Source: Zancudomyces culisetae HAW-14-8
Taxonomy: Eukaryota > Fungi > Kickxellomycota
Assembly (NCBI GenBank): GCA_052426225.1
Contig: JBNJNM010000014.1
Coordinates: 496,001-560,000, forward strand
Reading direction: 5' to 3'
Length of the DNA stretch: 64,000 nt
Numbering within the stretch: position 1 is the first letter of the stretch; every line of letters begins with the position of its first letter. The notes under the pieces are model-generated. The model did not search any database and had not been told where the DNA came from. It worked only from the letters and a program-made list of their open reading frames with translations. Position numbers and translations under genes: made by a program. Below, piece by piece: positions 23,383 to 36,049 of this stretch.

Positions 23383-23973
23383 ATGAAAGTGTCAATAGCA
23401 GTAGCAATACTTGCAATACCTGTGAGCGGTGTACCCCTGGCACCTTATGATTTGGATTCTGTCATTACTGTAAGTTTCATCAGAGAGGAGATCGAAAGTT
23501 ATAAAAGCCCAGCACATGTAGGGGATGTAATTAATCAGTTAAGAACATTTGAAGATTATGAGTACATCCTCATGTATAAAAGGGGAAAATATGGTGATCC
23601 GTTTGAAGATGATGATCAGGAGGTAAAGCAGTACATTGTCAAAGAGGTTTGTACATCAGATTCAGGTGAGGAAGAGATAGGTTTCAAAGTACTGGAAGGA
23701 AAAAACCTAGCAGATATCCCACAGCCCATAAAGGAAGGCTGTAAATATCCGTACTACAATGCAGATATGGTTATGGACTATCGAGTGAATAAGACCATGA
23801 GAAATTACATCCAGCACAAGATATGTGACCTGGGGGATGCGTATTGGATATCGACTAAAGCGGTGACTTTGTCTGATAAAAGAAGACGTACCAAACTCGT
23901 TGAAGGAGGGTGCGAGACGGATTTGTATATACCATATATTACACGTAGCGAATATCTTTCACGTATTGGTTAA
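23383..23973 (+). CDS. Small orphan secreted protein (~196 aa, 4 Cys)
   Basis: Likely start MKVSIAVAILAIPVSG (signal peptide) at 23383 after an A-rich leader; TATAAATA near 23272 lies inside the longer track ORF. Confidence 0.65.
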   Translation: MKVSIAVAILAIPVSGVPLAPYDLDSVITVSFIREEIESYKSPAHVGDVINQLRTFEDYEYILMYKRGKYGDPFEDDDQEVKQYIVKEVCTSDSGEEEIGFKVLEGKNLADIPQPIKEGCKYPYYNADMVMDYRVNKTMRNYIQHKICDLGDAYWISTKAVTLSDKRRRTKLVEGGCETDLYIPYITRSEYLSRIG

Positions 23974-24618
23974 GCTGAGACGTATTTCTTTTTTTCTTTC
24001 TTATGAGGTTTGGATATATTGAGTAAATAAAAACAGTATCGAAGGACACTTTAATGAAGAAGAAAACTTTAGTGGTTAAGAGGATTTGGTGGTAACTTTG
24101 AGATAAACGCATAGTTATATACTTTTTGATATACATAGTAAAAGATAGATGTGGTCTTGATTTGGGGATGTTTTTTTGGTGAATCTAGGTTTTACTCTCT
24201 TTTTTGTTATGGGAAAATACTAAGAAATGTATAAAAAGAAAACATTGTTGAATTCTGGGCGTTTTTAGAGTATGGAAGTGTGAATTCAATTTTATCTGCT
24301 AGTTTTGGCGGAGTAAAAAAAAGAGGTATAAAGAAAAACGTGCATATTGTTTCATAAATGGGTAGAGCAGTTTCTTTTATTTTTATTTTTATTTTCTTGG
24401 TTCTAACTTTTTTGGAGACTTCTTATTTGCTAAAAAATGGTGGGGGGAGGGAGTGAAAATAATGAATATTGAAATTGGGCTGTTGCTATTTAATAATTCA
24501 AAATAAAACTATACAGAATAAAATACACAATAAAAAGAAAAAAAGAGAAGCAATTCAAGAGATTCACTATACAAAAACAACATACTAAAACTATAAAAAA
24601 AATAATATATTGTATAAA

Positions 24619-26092
24619 ATGTTGGTTTTGGAACCAAATAGCTTGACATTGAAGGAATGTCTCCTTTCACGATTTAATAGGTATGGAACATAAACACAGA
24701 ATTTTTATATATTAAACTTTCACCACCTCCCCCCCCCTCTCAAAGTTAGCTTGTGTACTAGTCAATAACTCGGATAAACAATAAAATACAATACAATACA
24801 ATGAAAAAATAGTGAAAAGCATGAAATAGTTGATATTACGCTCCACGAATTTGATAATGTCGAGTTTCATGTATACACACCCGATGAAAACCGCAAAAGT
24901 TTGCTGGTGCTATCTGTTAAACTCTACAACTATCATGAATTAGCGCAGTTGGGCGATGTTATGGGTGTAATGAGGGATAAATACGGAACCTACTTGCAAA
25001 CAGATGATCAAGTGGAACAAAACTATGACTTTGGGCTGTGGTTTGATTTGGATAATATGGAGGGCGTCGACAAGGGTAAGTATGAGTAAAATATACTTTT
25101 TTTTTTCTTTCTGTAAATCTAGTGATTGATTTTAAATGGAAAAAGTGATAAAACGAAAAAGAGACGAGGGGAGGAGGGAGGGTGGATAATATTAATAGTG
25201 AATGTGGTGGTAAATATCAATAGAACAATTGGCACATCACGTTTCGTTTGTCAAGAAGCATGCGCTTTCAGTACCATTCCTGGTGTGTTTCGAGGGGTAT
25301 GCACAAGAACAGAGTCAGCCTCAGTCACAAGAATATTCACAAGCACAGGCAAGAAGCGAGCAGTCGAAAAACATTTTACGCGTAAACTATCGAGAAAACG
25401 AGTATATGTATCTTCAACAGCTTAACGACCGAATTACAGTGACACTGTCGACGGTGCTTGAGAATCAGGAGATGGATACAGCGATTTGTAAAGTGTTTTT
25501 ACAAGAATTTTTGGATTATAAGCCACAGACATCGAGTCTTCCTACAACATCAAGCACTACAGCTGGGGGAGGAGGAACTGGTAGTGGTAGTGGAGGCGGG
25601 GGAGTTGGGGGGATAACATCAGGTATGGAGGGAGTATCGATAAGTAGCGGGGGTACATCCAGTGTACCACCACAAGTCTCTGTTTCATTTAAGGAGCCGC
25701 CACTGGAAATCCGAGATTTTGTGTTGCCACAGAGTACAACAGCGACAGCGACAACAGTGGCATATATTACGTTTGTATTCTTTCCACGGCATTTTAGTAG
25801 CGATGAGGCGAGATCTAAGCTGGTAGATAATGTAATGATGTTCCGAACATACCTACATTTCCACATCAAGTGTGCCAAGGCATATATCCACTCACGTATG
25901 CGTTCACGAGTCGAGTCATTCCTAAAAGTGCTGAACCGAGCCAAACCATTATCACAGCAATCAGCGACATCAGGTGTTGGTTCACCAGGAGCTACAACTG
26001 GAGTTGGGTCGGGACCAAACTCACCAGTATTTGGTGGGGTTGGGGGCGCAGAAAAGAAAAAGACATTTTCGGGAAGATATATGAGACATTGA
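24619..26092 (+). CDS. ARC35: Arp2/3 complex 34 kDa subunit (3 exons: 24619-24680, 24813-25075, 25224-26092)
   Basis: Spliced MLVLEPNS...EFDNVEFHV...YRENEYMY...DRITVTLST...VFLQEF...PPQV...KEPPLEI...YITFVFFPRH...FRTYLHFHIKCAKAYIHSRMRSRV..FLKVLNRAKP...EKKKTFSGR; canonical GT-AG junctions in frame. Confidence 0.95.
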
Positions 26093-26293
26093 ATTTATAA
26101 TTGAAGTAAAAAAGTGGCATTACTCTTGTTTCTCTTTCTCTTTCTCTTTCTTTACTGTTTTCCTCTTTTACTATTTGATATTATTTGGTATAAAACAAAA
26201 GGATAAAAAGTGAAATAAAATAAAACGAAACGAAATAAAACGAAATAAAATGAGATGAGATGAGATGAAATAAAAGGGAAATCTAAAAAGGAA

Positions 26294-26951
26294 TTACAAG
26301 ACTACATCCCACGGATTACGAATTGGAAGATGTGATTTTTGAAAATTAATGATCGAGTTGTTATAAGACATAAACTTTAGTACCATGGAAGTACAGTCGA
26401 TAATAAAATATCCCGACTTATCAATGCGGTTAAGAGCAGCATACGAACATATATCCAACAACTGACGCTCCGAATCCAGCACAAAGGCCGGAGACGAATA
26501 ATAGTACAAAGACCGCAAAGTGGCTAGGACTACAGACGCATGTTGAAACTCAAACACCACATTATCGGAAGAATTGAGCAAATGCTGCTTGTTTTCCACC
26601 ATAAAATACGCAAATTTAATGGCATGATAAAAGGCTACTGGATCGGGTATGGATGAAAGAGAAGGTAATAGACTGGTGGACTTTTGATTGAAAATGGGAT
26701 GAGAGATTGGTTTTGGAGCAACATAGACTTGTGATGTCGAGTTCAGGTCTCTAAGATGGTAAATTTCTTCATCTGGTAACGAAGAAGCTGGAGGAGATGG
26801 GCGAAGAGTTGACAGAGAAGAATGTGGAGGTTGGAGCTTTGTTTGTTGTTGTTGCTGTTGTAACTGTTGTTGAGTTGGTTGTTGTTGATTTGGTTGTTGT
26901 TGTTGTTGTTGAGTTGGTTGTTTTCTCGTTGGTTGTTGTTGTTGTTGTTGC

Positions 26952-26985
<34 letters not shown>

Positions 26986-28930
26986 GCCTTTGCACCTGTA
27001 CCGGTTGTATTTGCTCTTCTTGAATTTGTTTTCCTTCTTCTTCTTCTTCTTCTTCCTCCTGCTCTTTCTCCTGCTCTTTCTCCTGTTCTTGCTCCTGTTC
27101 TTGTTGTGGCTCAGAATCAATTGATTCAAGAGACACAGAAGGTACAGGCGACAAAGCACGAGGCTGAACCACGTGACTTTCAAGCTCAGAATCCGAACTC
27201 TTTTGCACTGGCACCGAATCAGCAGGTTTCTTCTTATTGGGTTTCTTTTTTTTCTTTTTGTTTTTTTTGTTCTTCGGCTTGGATTTAGAACGTTCAAGAT
27301 CCAATTCCTTTTCCAAATCCAACCGTCGCAACTCGGCCTTTTTTTCGCGGAATCGAGACAATACTGTGATCTCCAGAATCTTGGAAGCCAATAATTGAAA
27401 CATTTTGCTCGTCTTGATTGATGATTTTAGTCTGTTAAAGTTCTCGCGTGTTAGTTCGTCGTCGTTTAGTTCGTAATCATCATCCTCCTCATCTTCTTCC
27501 TCATCTTCATCGTCATCTTCGTCGTCCAACTCATCTTGTTCAAAGTCATCGTCTTCATCCACATATTCAGTACATCTTTCATCATGCGAACGAGGTTGCA
27601 CGCGATTATCAATAAACTGTTCAATCAAATTCAACATTTTGTCGCGGTAAATACCCAGCTTGTACGTCTCAACAGCATCTTCAATCTTTGTATTCTCGCC
27701 AAACAAACTGGTATAATGGTCCGAATCATAATCCAAATCCGAAGTTGACGAGTCGGTCTCCGAATCCGACATTCCTTCCGAATCGCTATCAAGCCCAACA
27801 GAACTGTGCTTGCTACATACTCCATCGTCCTTAAGCTCAAATTTCCAGTTGGCCACCAGCCGATTTTTCAGACTTTCACTGTTTACCACGCGCCTAGCCT
27901 GGCCGCCAAAATTCTTTTGATGTTCGACCACTTTATTCGCCCACTCCTCAATAGCTGCGCCTATCTCCTGGTCATCGTCGCACTCTATCTCTCCACTCAG
28001 CCCCCCAGCCTCGGTGTCTGCATTCTTGCTTTGTAGCATATGCTTCGCTTTGCATAGCCGCGCTTTCAGTACATCTATTACCAACTCATTGGCTCGTGTC
28101 TCTAACCTATACACCTCGTTGCGACTGAGCTCCTTTTCAATTGTTTCTTCCAGCTTGCGCCGGTACAATCGGTAAAACTCCAGCGTCATCTCCTCCACCG
28201 CCTGATGCTTCTTCTCACATGCCCGGCAGCCGCACCGACTGTCGTTGTTGATGTAGTGCCTCTCCATCAGCTTTTGTTTTTCCTTCTCCACCATTCGATT
28301 CCGCTCTTCTTTACTCATCTCCTCCCAGTACTTTCTTACCTGCCGTTTCTCCACTTCCATATCATTACTCCACAGCTCCTCTCTATTTATCCCCCCAATC
28401 CCTGTCTCCTCTCCCCTTCCCTTCTTCTTTTTCTTTTTGCCGCTCTTCTTCTTTGCCTCCTTTCCCACCTCTTCGCGTATTATTTCCTCTGCCTTGTTCG
28501 TCGCCTCTCTGTTCTTCACTACCTTACTCTCCTTTGCTATTCGTTCGTTAATTTCTCTTATTTTTCTCTGTATTTCCTGCTCCGTCATTGGACCCACTGT
28601 CTCTTTAAATCCTTCAAATACTGTTATTATATCCTCTTCCTTTTTCTCACTTCCCTTATCTTTTTGTTTTGCTCCTGTCTCTACCTCTATTCTTACTCGA
28701 AAATCCACCTTGTCCTTTTCTCCATCCTCATACATGCTCCTGTTTCCAATAACCTTTGTTGTATCCCCTTCTCTTCCCTTTTCCTTTTTTTCCAAAACTA
28801 CTCCCTCATCAGCCTTGCCTTTTACGGTCTCTTTCTCCCCTTTTTCCTCTCTTATTCCCACTCCTTCCTTTAGCTTTTGCTTCGGTGAACTTCCTTTATT
28901 TTTACTATTTTTCCTTTTACCTCTATCCAT
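26294..28930 (-). CDS. NST1: Stress-response protein Nst1-like
   Basis: VRKYWEEMSKEERNRMVEKEK...CGCRACEKK..AVEE and MFQLLASKILEITVLSRFREKKA match the Nst1 conserved blocks; acidic and polyQ tracts. Confidence 0.75.
26839..26986. repeat. (CAA)n coding microsatellite (polyQ in Nst1-like gene)
   Basis: TGT/TGC tandem run on the + strand. Confidence 0.9.
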
Positions 28931-30170
28931 TCTATTTCTCTTTTTATTTCTATTTTCAGGCTCTTTTTTTTTTCCTTTTTATATTTTCTCAATTGGCGTT
29001 TAACTATTGCGACAAGCTCTTAACTATCGCTCACTTCAATCTACAATTGTAAAAAAAAAAAAAAAACACCACTTTTTCTTTTCTCTTATCCCTCTTCTTT
29101 TACCGATCGACCATTAATATCAAATATATTTTCTACTTTTTTTCAACTTTTAATCGAGACTCTCAATTCTAAAACTCGATTTGGCGTTTCTTTACAATCC
29201 AAATGTTATTCTGCTTTTCCCACACCCTCTTCCTTTTCTTTTCTTTTCTTTTCTTTTCTTTTTTTTTTCTTAGTTGTTGTTTCGTTCAAGCGCCAAAAAT
29301 CCCAGTATTACCCACAATATTTCCTTTGTGTTTGATATTTTGACACAGACCTTTACTGATTGAAAAAGGCTACTACCTTTTTTCGTCCCTTGTTATTTTT
29401 GTTGTTTATTATTTTTGTTATTTACCAAGAAATTATGTACTATTTAATTATATAAACATCTGCTCTCTTTCAAGCATAAGATTTACAATTTCTCGTTTTA
29501 TTTGTAATTGCCACTATTTCCGTATTTTATTTTTTTTCAAACATTATCGTCTTTTGTTTTTATATTGCCATTTTAGGCGAGACTTATTCAAAGCTAGTTA
29601 GAAATTAATACAGCCTGATTTTCTATTTAGTGTTGCTACCACTACTACTATGAGACCTTTTTTACTTTGTAAATGTTCGAGATGTGTAAAAGTTATCTAG
29701 GCTCACATCATTAATTATTATTTCTTTTTTTTTTTTGGTAGTATAGTATGGTTATAGCTATTCTTTTTTTCCATTTACTAGCGTTTACCACTATCCTAAA
29801 GACATGTACTTTTCTTTGTAATCACCATTCTTGTTTTATTCTGAAGTTTTTCGCTGTTTATGATTATAATCAAGCCCCTCAAATCCCTGATGTTAATATA
29901 TGTGCATGTACTCATTGCTAAACAAGTTATTGTTAGACTTTTGTATTTTCATTCTACCCATGCATTACTTCTCTATGATTTTTTTTTTGTTCACTACTTT
30001 TTCTCAACCCGTGTTTATTGTTAATTGTGCACGATATATATTTTATTTTATTGTATTTTATCTTGTTTTTTCAAATATTAAGCACCAAAAAAAAATAATG
30101 GAACATCTAATTATATTGTGTATAGGGTATATGTCCAGGTTATCATCACCAGAAAAACACTAAAATAGTG

Positions 30171-30205
<35 letters not shown>
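30171..30205. repeat. (AAT)n microsatellite
   Basis: Perfect tandem run. Confidence 0.9.
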
Positions 30206-30207
<2 letters not shown>

Positions 30208-30530
30208 CCGTGGATTGTTGCACTATTGAGCATAAAATTCACATTATACAATGTCCCTTTTTTTCTTACCTTAATTTTATTTGTTCACCAAAACTATACT
30301 GATCCAGATGAAAACCAACACCCATTATAATCATACAGCCTCCTTAAATTCGAACTTGGTTCTATGATTTTACTTATCCCTCTCTCGCTCCCTCCCCCCC
30401 TCCCCCCTTTTCCTCATTTTTTCACTTTACTCATTCATAACCCATTCCTTTTATTGTGCTCAATCTTGAATATTATCTCTATACCAGTAATAAAATATCA
30501 AACAAACACCATTCACAGATATAGTGGTTA

Positions 30531-30786
30531 GCGCATTTCCAAATGAGTGGATTTGGTATCAAGTTAAGCAAACAATGTTTTCATCTAGCAAAGTTCATCA
30601 CAACCGAAAGTAACCTGCTATATTTTTGCTGCCATATTTTGAATTGAACAAAGATGCTGTCATGGTTCAGGCTAAGAGCTTCATCATGAGGATACTCGTG
30701 GGATGAGTATTAAGCAGTCACAGGCATTTTTAGAGCTCATTACCCACAATTCACTCCTTGAATGAAAGGAGAATGCGCTTTTTTTT
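30531..30786 (+). ncRNA. Candidate structured non-coding RNA (~250 nt), family unassigned
   Basis: Nested end-to-end helices with G-U pairs, two internal hairpins and a 3' T8 run, in non-coding DNA of raised GC content. Confidence 0.45.
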
Positions 30787-31183
30787 CTAATTGCCCAAAT
30801 CCTAAATAGATTGGATCGAAACTTTTTTTTTTCCATCAATCCAAACATCAATAACAAAAAAAAGCAAAAAAATATATAAAAAAGAATTAGCTACCAATTG
30901 AAAAAAAAAAATTTTTTTTCTATGGACGGGGGGAAATTGGAATCGTTAGCAGTTATATGCTCATTTACTATACTGGAACCAACTAAGCTATGAAAAAATT
31001 AAAAAAAATTTTTTTTTTCTTGATGCAAAAAAAAAAAAGTGTATAGTTTAAATTACACAAAGTTAAAAAAGGAAAAGAGGAAAATACTAGAATATTAATA
31101 GAGATTTACTCCACTCACTTTTCTTTGCATCCACGACAGATAAGCACCAAAGAAGAATAAATACTAGAAGAATAAAGAAAAGG

Positions 31184-32281
31184 ATGAGTTTAAAAGAAGA
31201 CCAAGTATTGAAAGCGACAACTTCGCTGCTGAACCATTTGAAGAACAAAAAATCCAAAGAAAGAGCAAGAGCACAAGAGGCTCAATCTACAAATTCTAGC
31301 CAGGACCCAAAGCGAAATTTGTTTGATGAAATCGATGCCGACTCTGAGAATCACTTGGGCGAGCAAAATGTGTATTTGAACATAATAACCAAACTTGTGC
31401 CCAACAAGACTCGAAACAAACCCCTAAGACTACCGGTTGCACATTCATTGTATTTTAATAGCAGCGATGGTACTACAGGTTCTTTGGAGGCATGTTTGTT
31501 TGTAAAAGATGGAGATGAAGAACGAGTAAAATCAGGTATTAGCGAACACTCCAAGGAACTTGGATTTGTTAAGCAAGTAATGAGCGTTTCTGAGCTTCGA
31601 AACAAGTACAAGCCATACGAGAGCAAACGACTGTTGTTGGGAAGCTACGATTTGTTTATGGTTGATGATCGGGTATATCCATTTATGAAAAAACTGTTGG
31701 GTACGAAATTCTACACCAAAAAGAAGCAGCCAGTAATTGTCAATATCGCTAAATACGTTACAAAGAAAACACCAAAGACAAATGTAAAGACAAGTTCAGA
31801 GAAAGTAGAAGAAGCATCACCAAACTCTTCAGAAGCTCTTGTTAAGGAACTTACCAAGGCTGTATTCAAATCAACATATCTCGCTAGTATTCCTCAAGGA
31901 AACACCATATCCATCAAAATCGGAGCCACCAATATTCATGATGCACAGAAACTCCAAGAAAACGCTGTTATTGTTGCCAACTATGTAGTAGACAACCTCA
32001 TTACCAAAAAGTGGAAAAACATCCACTCCATAAATATAAAGAGTGATACCAGTATTGCACTGCCTGTTTATTTGGCCCCACCCACCAAAACCGCAACTAT
32101 TGTTAATGGTGCTGACTCTACTAGTACTACCAAAAATGAACAGAAAAAACAATCCAAGCCAAAAGCTGCTCCAAAAACTGCCCCAAAAACTGCTCCAAAA
32201 TCAAAGACACCAAATAGTGAGACAGATTCTGCAGCCTCTACAAAGGCTCCTAATAAGAAAAGAAAAGTTGCCGCAAAGTAA
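31184..32281 (+). CDS. Ribosomal L1-domain ribosome-biogenesis protein (Cic1/Utp30/RSL1D1 family)
   Basis: KPLRLPVAHSL, ACLFVKD, SELRNKYKPYESKRLLLGSYDLFMVDDRV, LLGTKFYTKKKQPV, WKNIHSINIKSDTSIALPVY; Lys-rich tail. Confidence 0.9.
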   Translation: MSLKEDQVLKATTSLLNHLKNKKSKERARAQEAQSTNSSQDPKRNLFDEIDADSENHLGEQNVYLNIITKLVPNKTRNKPLRLPVAHSLYFNSSDGTTGSLEACLFVKDGDEERVKSGISEHSKELGFVKQVMSVSELRNKYKPYESKRLLLGSYDLFMVDDRVYPFMKKLLGTKFYTKKKQPVIVNIAKYVTKKTPKTNVKTSSEKVEEASPNSSEALVKELTKAVFKSTYLASIPQGNTISIKIGATNIHDAQKLQENAVIVANYVVDNLITKKWKNIHSINIKSDTSIALPVYLAPPTKTATIVNGADSTSTTKNEQKKQSKPKAAPKTAPKTAPKSKTPNSETDSAASTKAPNKKRKVAAK

Positions 32282-32529
32282 ATTATATATATGCCTGTTC
32301 CCCCACCCTTTTATTTTTCTCTTTCTTTCGTTTTTCCATCTTAGTTTGGAAAAGAAAATGATATTACCTGTTAAATAAAACTGTTTATTATGTTTAGATG
32401 TTTGACTTTTCAGTTCCTTTTTCCTTTAAAAAAAAAAGAAGAAAAACATACCAACTCTGCATACATAAACAAATATTTAAATAAACAATCTAAAAGGATA
32501 TAATAATAAACGAATATAAAACTAGCCAT

Positions 32530-33656
32530 TTATTCCTCCTTAAGACCAGAAGCATTCTTGGTCTTTCTGGCAGCTCTCTTTTCGGCTCTAATCTTGGCTT
32601 CTCTCTTGGCACCTTCGGAGTAAACTTCAACAAAGAATTGTACAAACAAGAACAAGTAACTAGACAAAAGGAAACAACCAATGTAAGCGGCCTGGCGTGT
32701 ACCTCTACAGTCGCCCATGTTTGGTAGCCAAGGGAAGTTGTGGTAGGCCATGTGAGTATACAAACAAAAGTAGCACAAGCCAATGTCGACAACAAACTGG
32801 GTAATCTGGAAAATAGTCAAATATTTCTTCCATTTGACGTAGATTCCGCGACTGGCCAGATAGTAGTAGTAGTACATAACCACGTGAACCAACAAGTTGA
32901 TTGAGCACACTACCCATGACTATTTATCATTTTTAGTTTTTAATTAGTTACACATAACTGCAGCTACTTCAAAGCAAAAAAAAAAGGTGCTTACCACTGA
33001 TGTCTTTCCGACCAACTGGCTGTAGCAAAGAGCCATAGTCAAGGCGTGATGGTAGACGTGAAGTACTTCTATTTTAAATTACACAAATACAATCCAGTTA
33101 GTTAGCAATCGTTCGCGCACATCTAAAGAGAAGAATAATATTTATAGTTGATGTAAACCTGATACTTACGAAGCTTCTTTTTCTTCAAGACCAAGAAAAA
33201 GGTGTCAATAAACTCAACCCATTTGAAGAGATAATTTACATAATAAAGCCATTCCATAGGTTGTGTATATGAATAGTAATCACATATCGACCAGAAAAAT
33301 CCCTTTGTCAATAAAATCGGTACGGCTTGTTCCATAAATCCCATCAAAATGAACGCACTGGACAAAGACAACATCAAGTTGTGCACCTGAACCAGTTTCT
33401 TGGGGTTAATTGGCTGTCCTAGCTGCTTCATGAGCTGCTGCCCTCCAAGTGTGATTACCAAGTAGAAGGCTACTCCCAATGCTACCTCAAAATTTGTGGA
33501 TAAATATGTTGAGCCCGGTGTCCATCTCCATTCTGATTTTGGTGTCTTGGTGATCAAGAGGAAGAACTGATTCATCCACCAGTCTGGACTGATTACCCAA
33601 GGTAGATTTTGCGAGGGCAAACGGTTGTATGGATTGAATGGTGTAAGATTATCCAT
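32530..33656 (-). CDS. Very-long-chain fatty acid elongase, GNS1/SUR4 (ELO) family (3 exons: 33656-33170, 33068-32995, 32919-32530)
   Basis: KWVEFIDTFFLVLKKK, spliced LHVYHH histidine box, NLLVHVVMYYYY, TIFQITQF, SYLFLFVQFF; junctions in frame. Confidence 0.95.
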
Positions 33657-36049
33657 TTCTTTAAACGTAAAATGTGTCCGGTTGTCTTTTTTTGATTTGT
33701 TGTTTTTGGCGTCCTTGTTCCCGATAAATATGATGTACTAATCCTCTTTCTTCAAAAAGACTTTTCTATTTTACAGTTTTGTTTGTAATCCAAGCTTAGT
33801 ATACTCTTCTTTATTGTGACATATAATCTTGAAAGGTGTATTTTGGATATATCTCTGAATACAAATTTGAACCTAAAGCACCGGCAAGAAAACACATACT
33901 CGTTCTCCTTTTTTTTTTTTGCTCGCGAGATGTTGGTGGAAACTCCGCTACTGACTCATCATACAGTTATAAACACAAAGTATACTTACCTATCCTGCAA
34001 ATGCTCCAACTTTTGAATACAAGAGGAAAATAAACGCTTTTTCAAAAGATTTTTTAGGAAAACTGTGTTAGTTTAATAAAGAGCAATTGAAACAAAAATG
34101 GCTTAAAAGTCAGAACCTTGTTTTTTTTTTAATTTTTGAAATTCTCGTTGTAGCTGTTAAATTATTTATTTAATTAATTTCTAATTATATTTGTAACACT
34201 ATTTCAGCGCGGTTCCTTGTAGCTTTAGCAAAAAAGAGGAAAAAAAAATTTTTTTTAATCGGCCTTTATGGCAATTGTAATCCCATTCAAACACCTTTTA
34301 AAAAAGTATTATGATTGTATTTATGATTTTCATATTTATGGTTCGAGCCAGTTTCCCTAATATTTTGCTATAATTTAATTTTTGCCTGGCAAGTCTTTAT
34401 TGCTAGATATTAGGGTGTAAATTCCGAACGAAATTACGTTAGATAATGCAAACACGCTAAGGGAAATATCTGTCAGTTAACTCGTTTAATATAAAGATTT
34501 CTATTATTAACTCTATATGCAATAATGCTTCTATTTATGAGCACCACGAAGATTTTCATATGTTGACAAAATCCGGTTTTTATTTTATCCGTTAAATTCT
34601 TTTTGATGTCTATGAGATAGTTCTCCATCTTTGCATAGTTTTTAGTTGCAGCGAGTATATGGCAATTTTTGGCGCTATTTCGTATCCCAAATTAACTTAG
34701 GCTTTTGAAAAATGACTGAAATTCAATGTTTATTTTTAGAAACAATAACTCAGCAAATAATATATTTGCCTTATTCTGCGAATATCTTTAGTGGAATCAT
34801 TCAAATCATCAGAATTTTTACACGTATCAAGTTGTAAAAATATCCGTTAACGGAAATGCACAATAAATGTAAAGAGCTCCTCCGTTCATTGATAAGATGA
34901 CCAAGAATATTGCTATATATAATTGGGGGATGCATTCCATTCTGTTCATAAATTCAGTGCCTAGGGAGTGTACATAAAGTAATATCTCAAACCCAATACA
35001 GTAGCCACCACACCTCCCAAATTTGCAGCGTAAAATCGTCAAATAAAAATAGATTGTATCTGCCTTTATATCATGTAGGACAAATCAAAATTGTAAAGCC
35101 TCGAGATTGTTCCTTTACACTGATTGCTTGTGATCAGCATCCAATAATCAAAACTAATTCAGAATAAAATCGAATAATCACAGTTCTGAATTGTTTTACA
35201 AAAAATTGAATCGATGACTGCCTATTTCATTTGTACAGGGAGGGAAATGAGAAGGTGGTGTGTTAGGCCTATTGTTTATTACACGTATGTACCATGCAAT
35301 AAGCAAAAACCCGTTGCAATAAAAAAATAAACACGAAAAAAATAAACCAATTAATTTAACAATTTGTAATGCAGAGAGCCTTTAAAGAAAGGCGAAATAC
35401 ATGATGGTTCAGGAGGGTACACTACACACGAAGAAACTAAAATATAATGCTCATGCTGTAATAGACCTTTTTGTTCAAGTAAGAATCTTATGGTCTGTAA
35501 CCAGCTTCCAAGCTAGCAATAAAGCTGTGTTATGCTTTACACTTTTATCATCATATCTGGACACTAATAGATAGTACGTTTGAAATTATTAATACGCAGT
35601 CAAATTGCGTGGCAGATTGTCATTCCCAGACTATAAATGAATAAAACTGATGTTATTTGCACCCATGTTGGGCTTTGGAAGTTGCTAGGTATGGTGATAT
35701 TCTCTGGTTGTTGTTTTATATATTTTTTACACCAGCAGAAAATCCAAAAGCGCAAAGTTGCAAGGAAAAAAAAGAAAAAAGCAAAAACTTTCTACCATCT
35801 CAGAAAAGCTCACACTTTTCCTACGAACACAAACCTTTTGAACAGATTATTGATTTAGTTGCACATACTAGACTAGTATTTCTTTTCTTTTGAATTATTT
35901 TATTAATAAATAAGCACTAATAAAAAAAGCAACAAATCGGCGAATCAGCAAATGGCGGAAATAAAAAATATATACCATATTTGGAATTATCATTCGGTTT
36001 AAATTCAAAAGATATATAAAGAACATCAACAATAGAATGAGAATATAGA

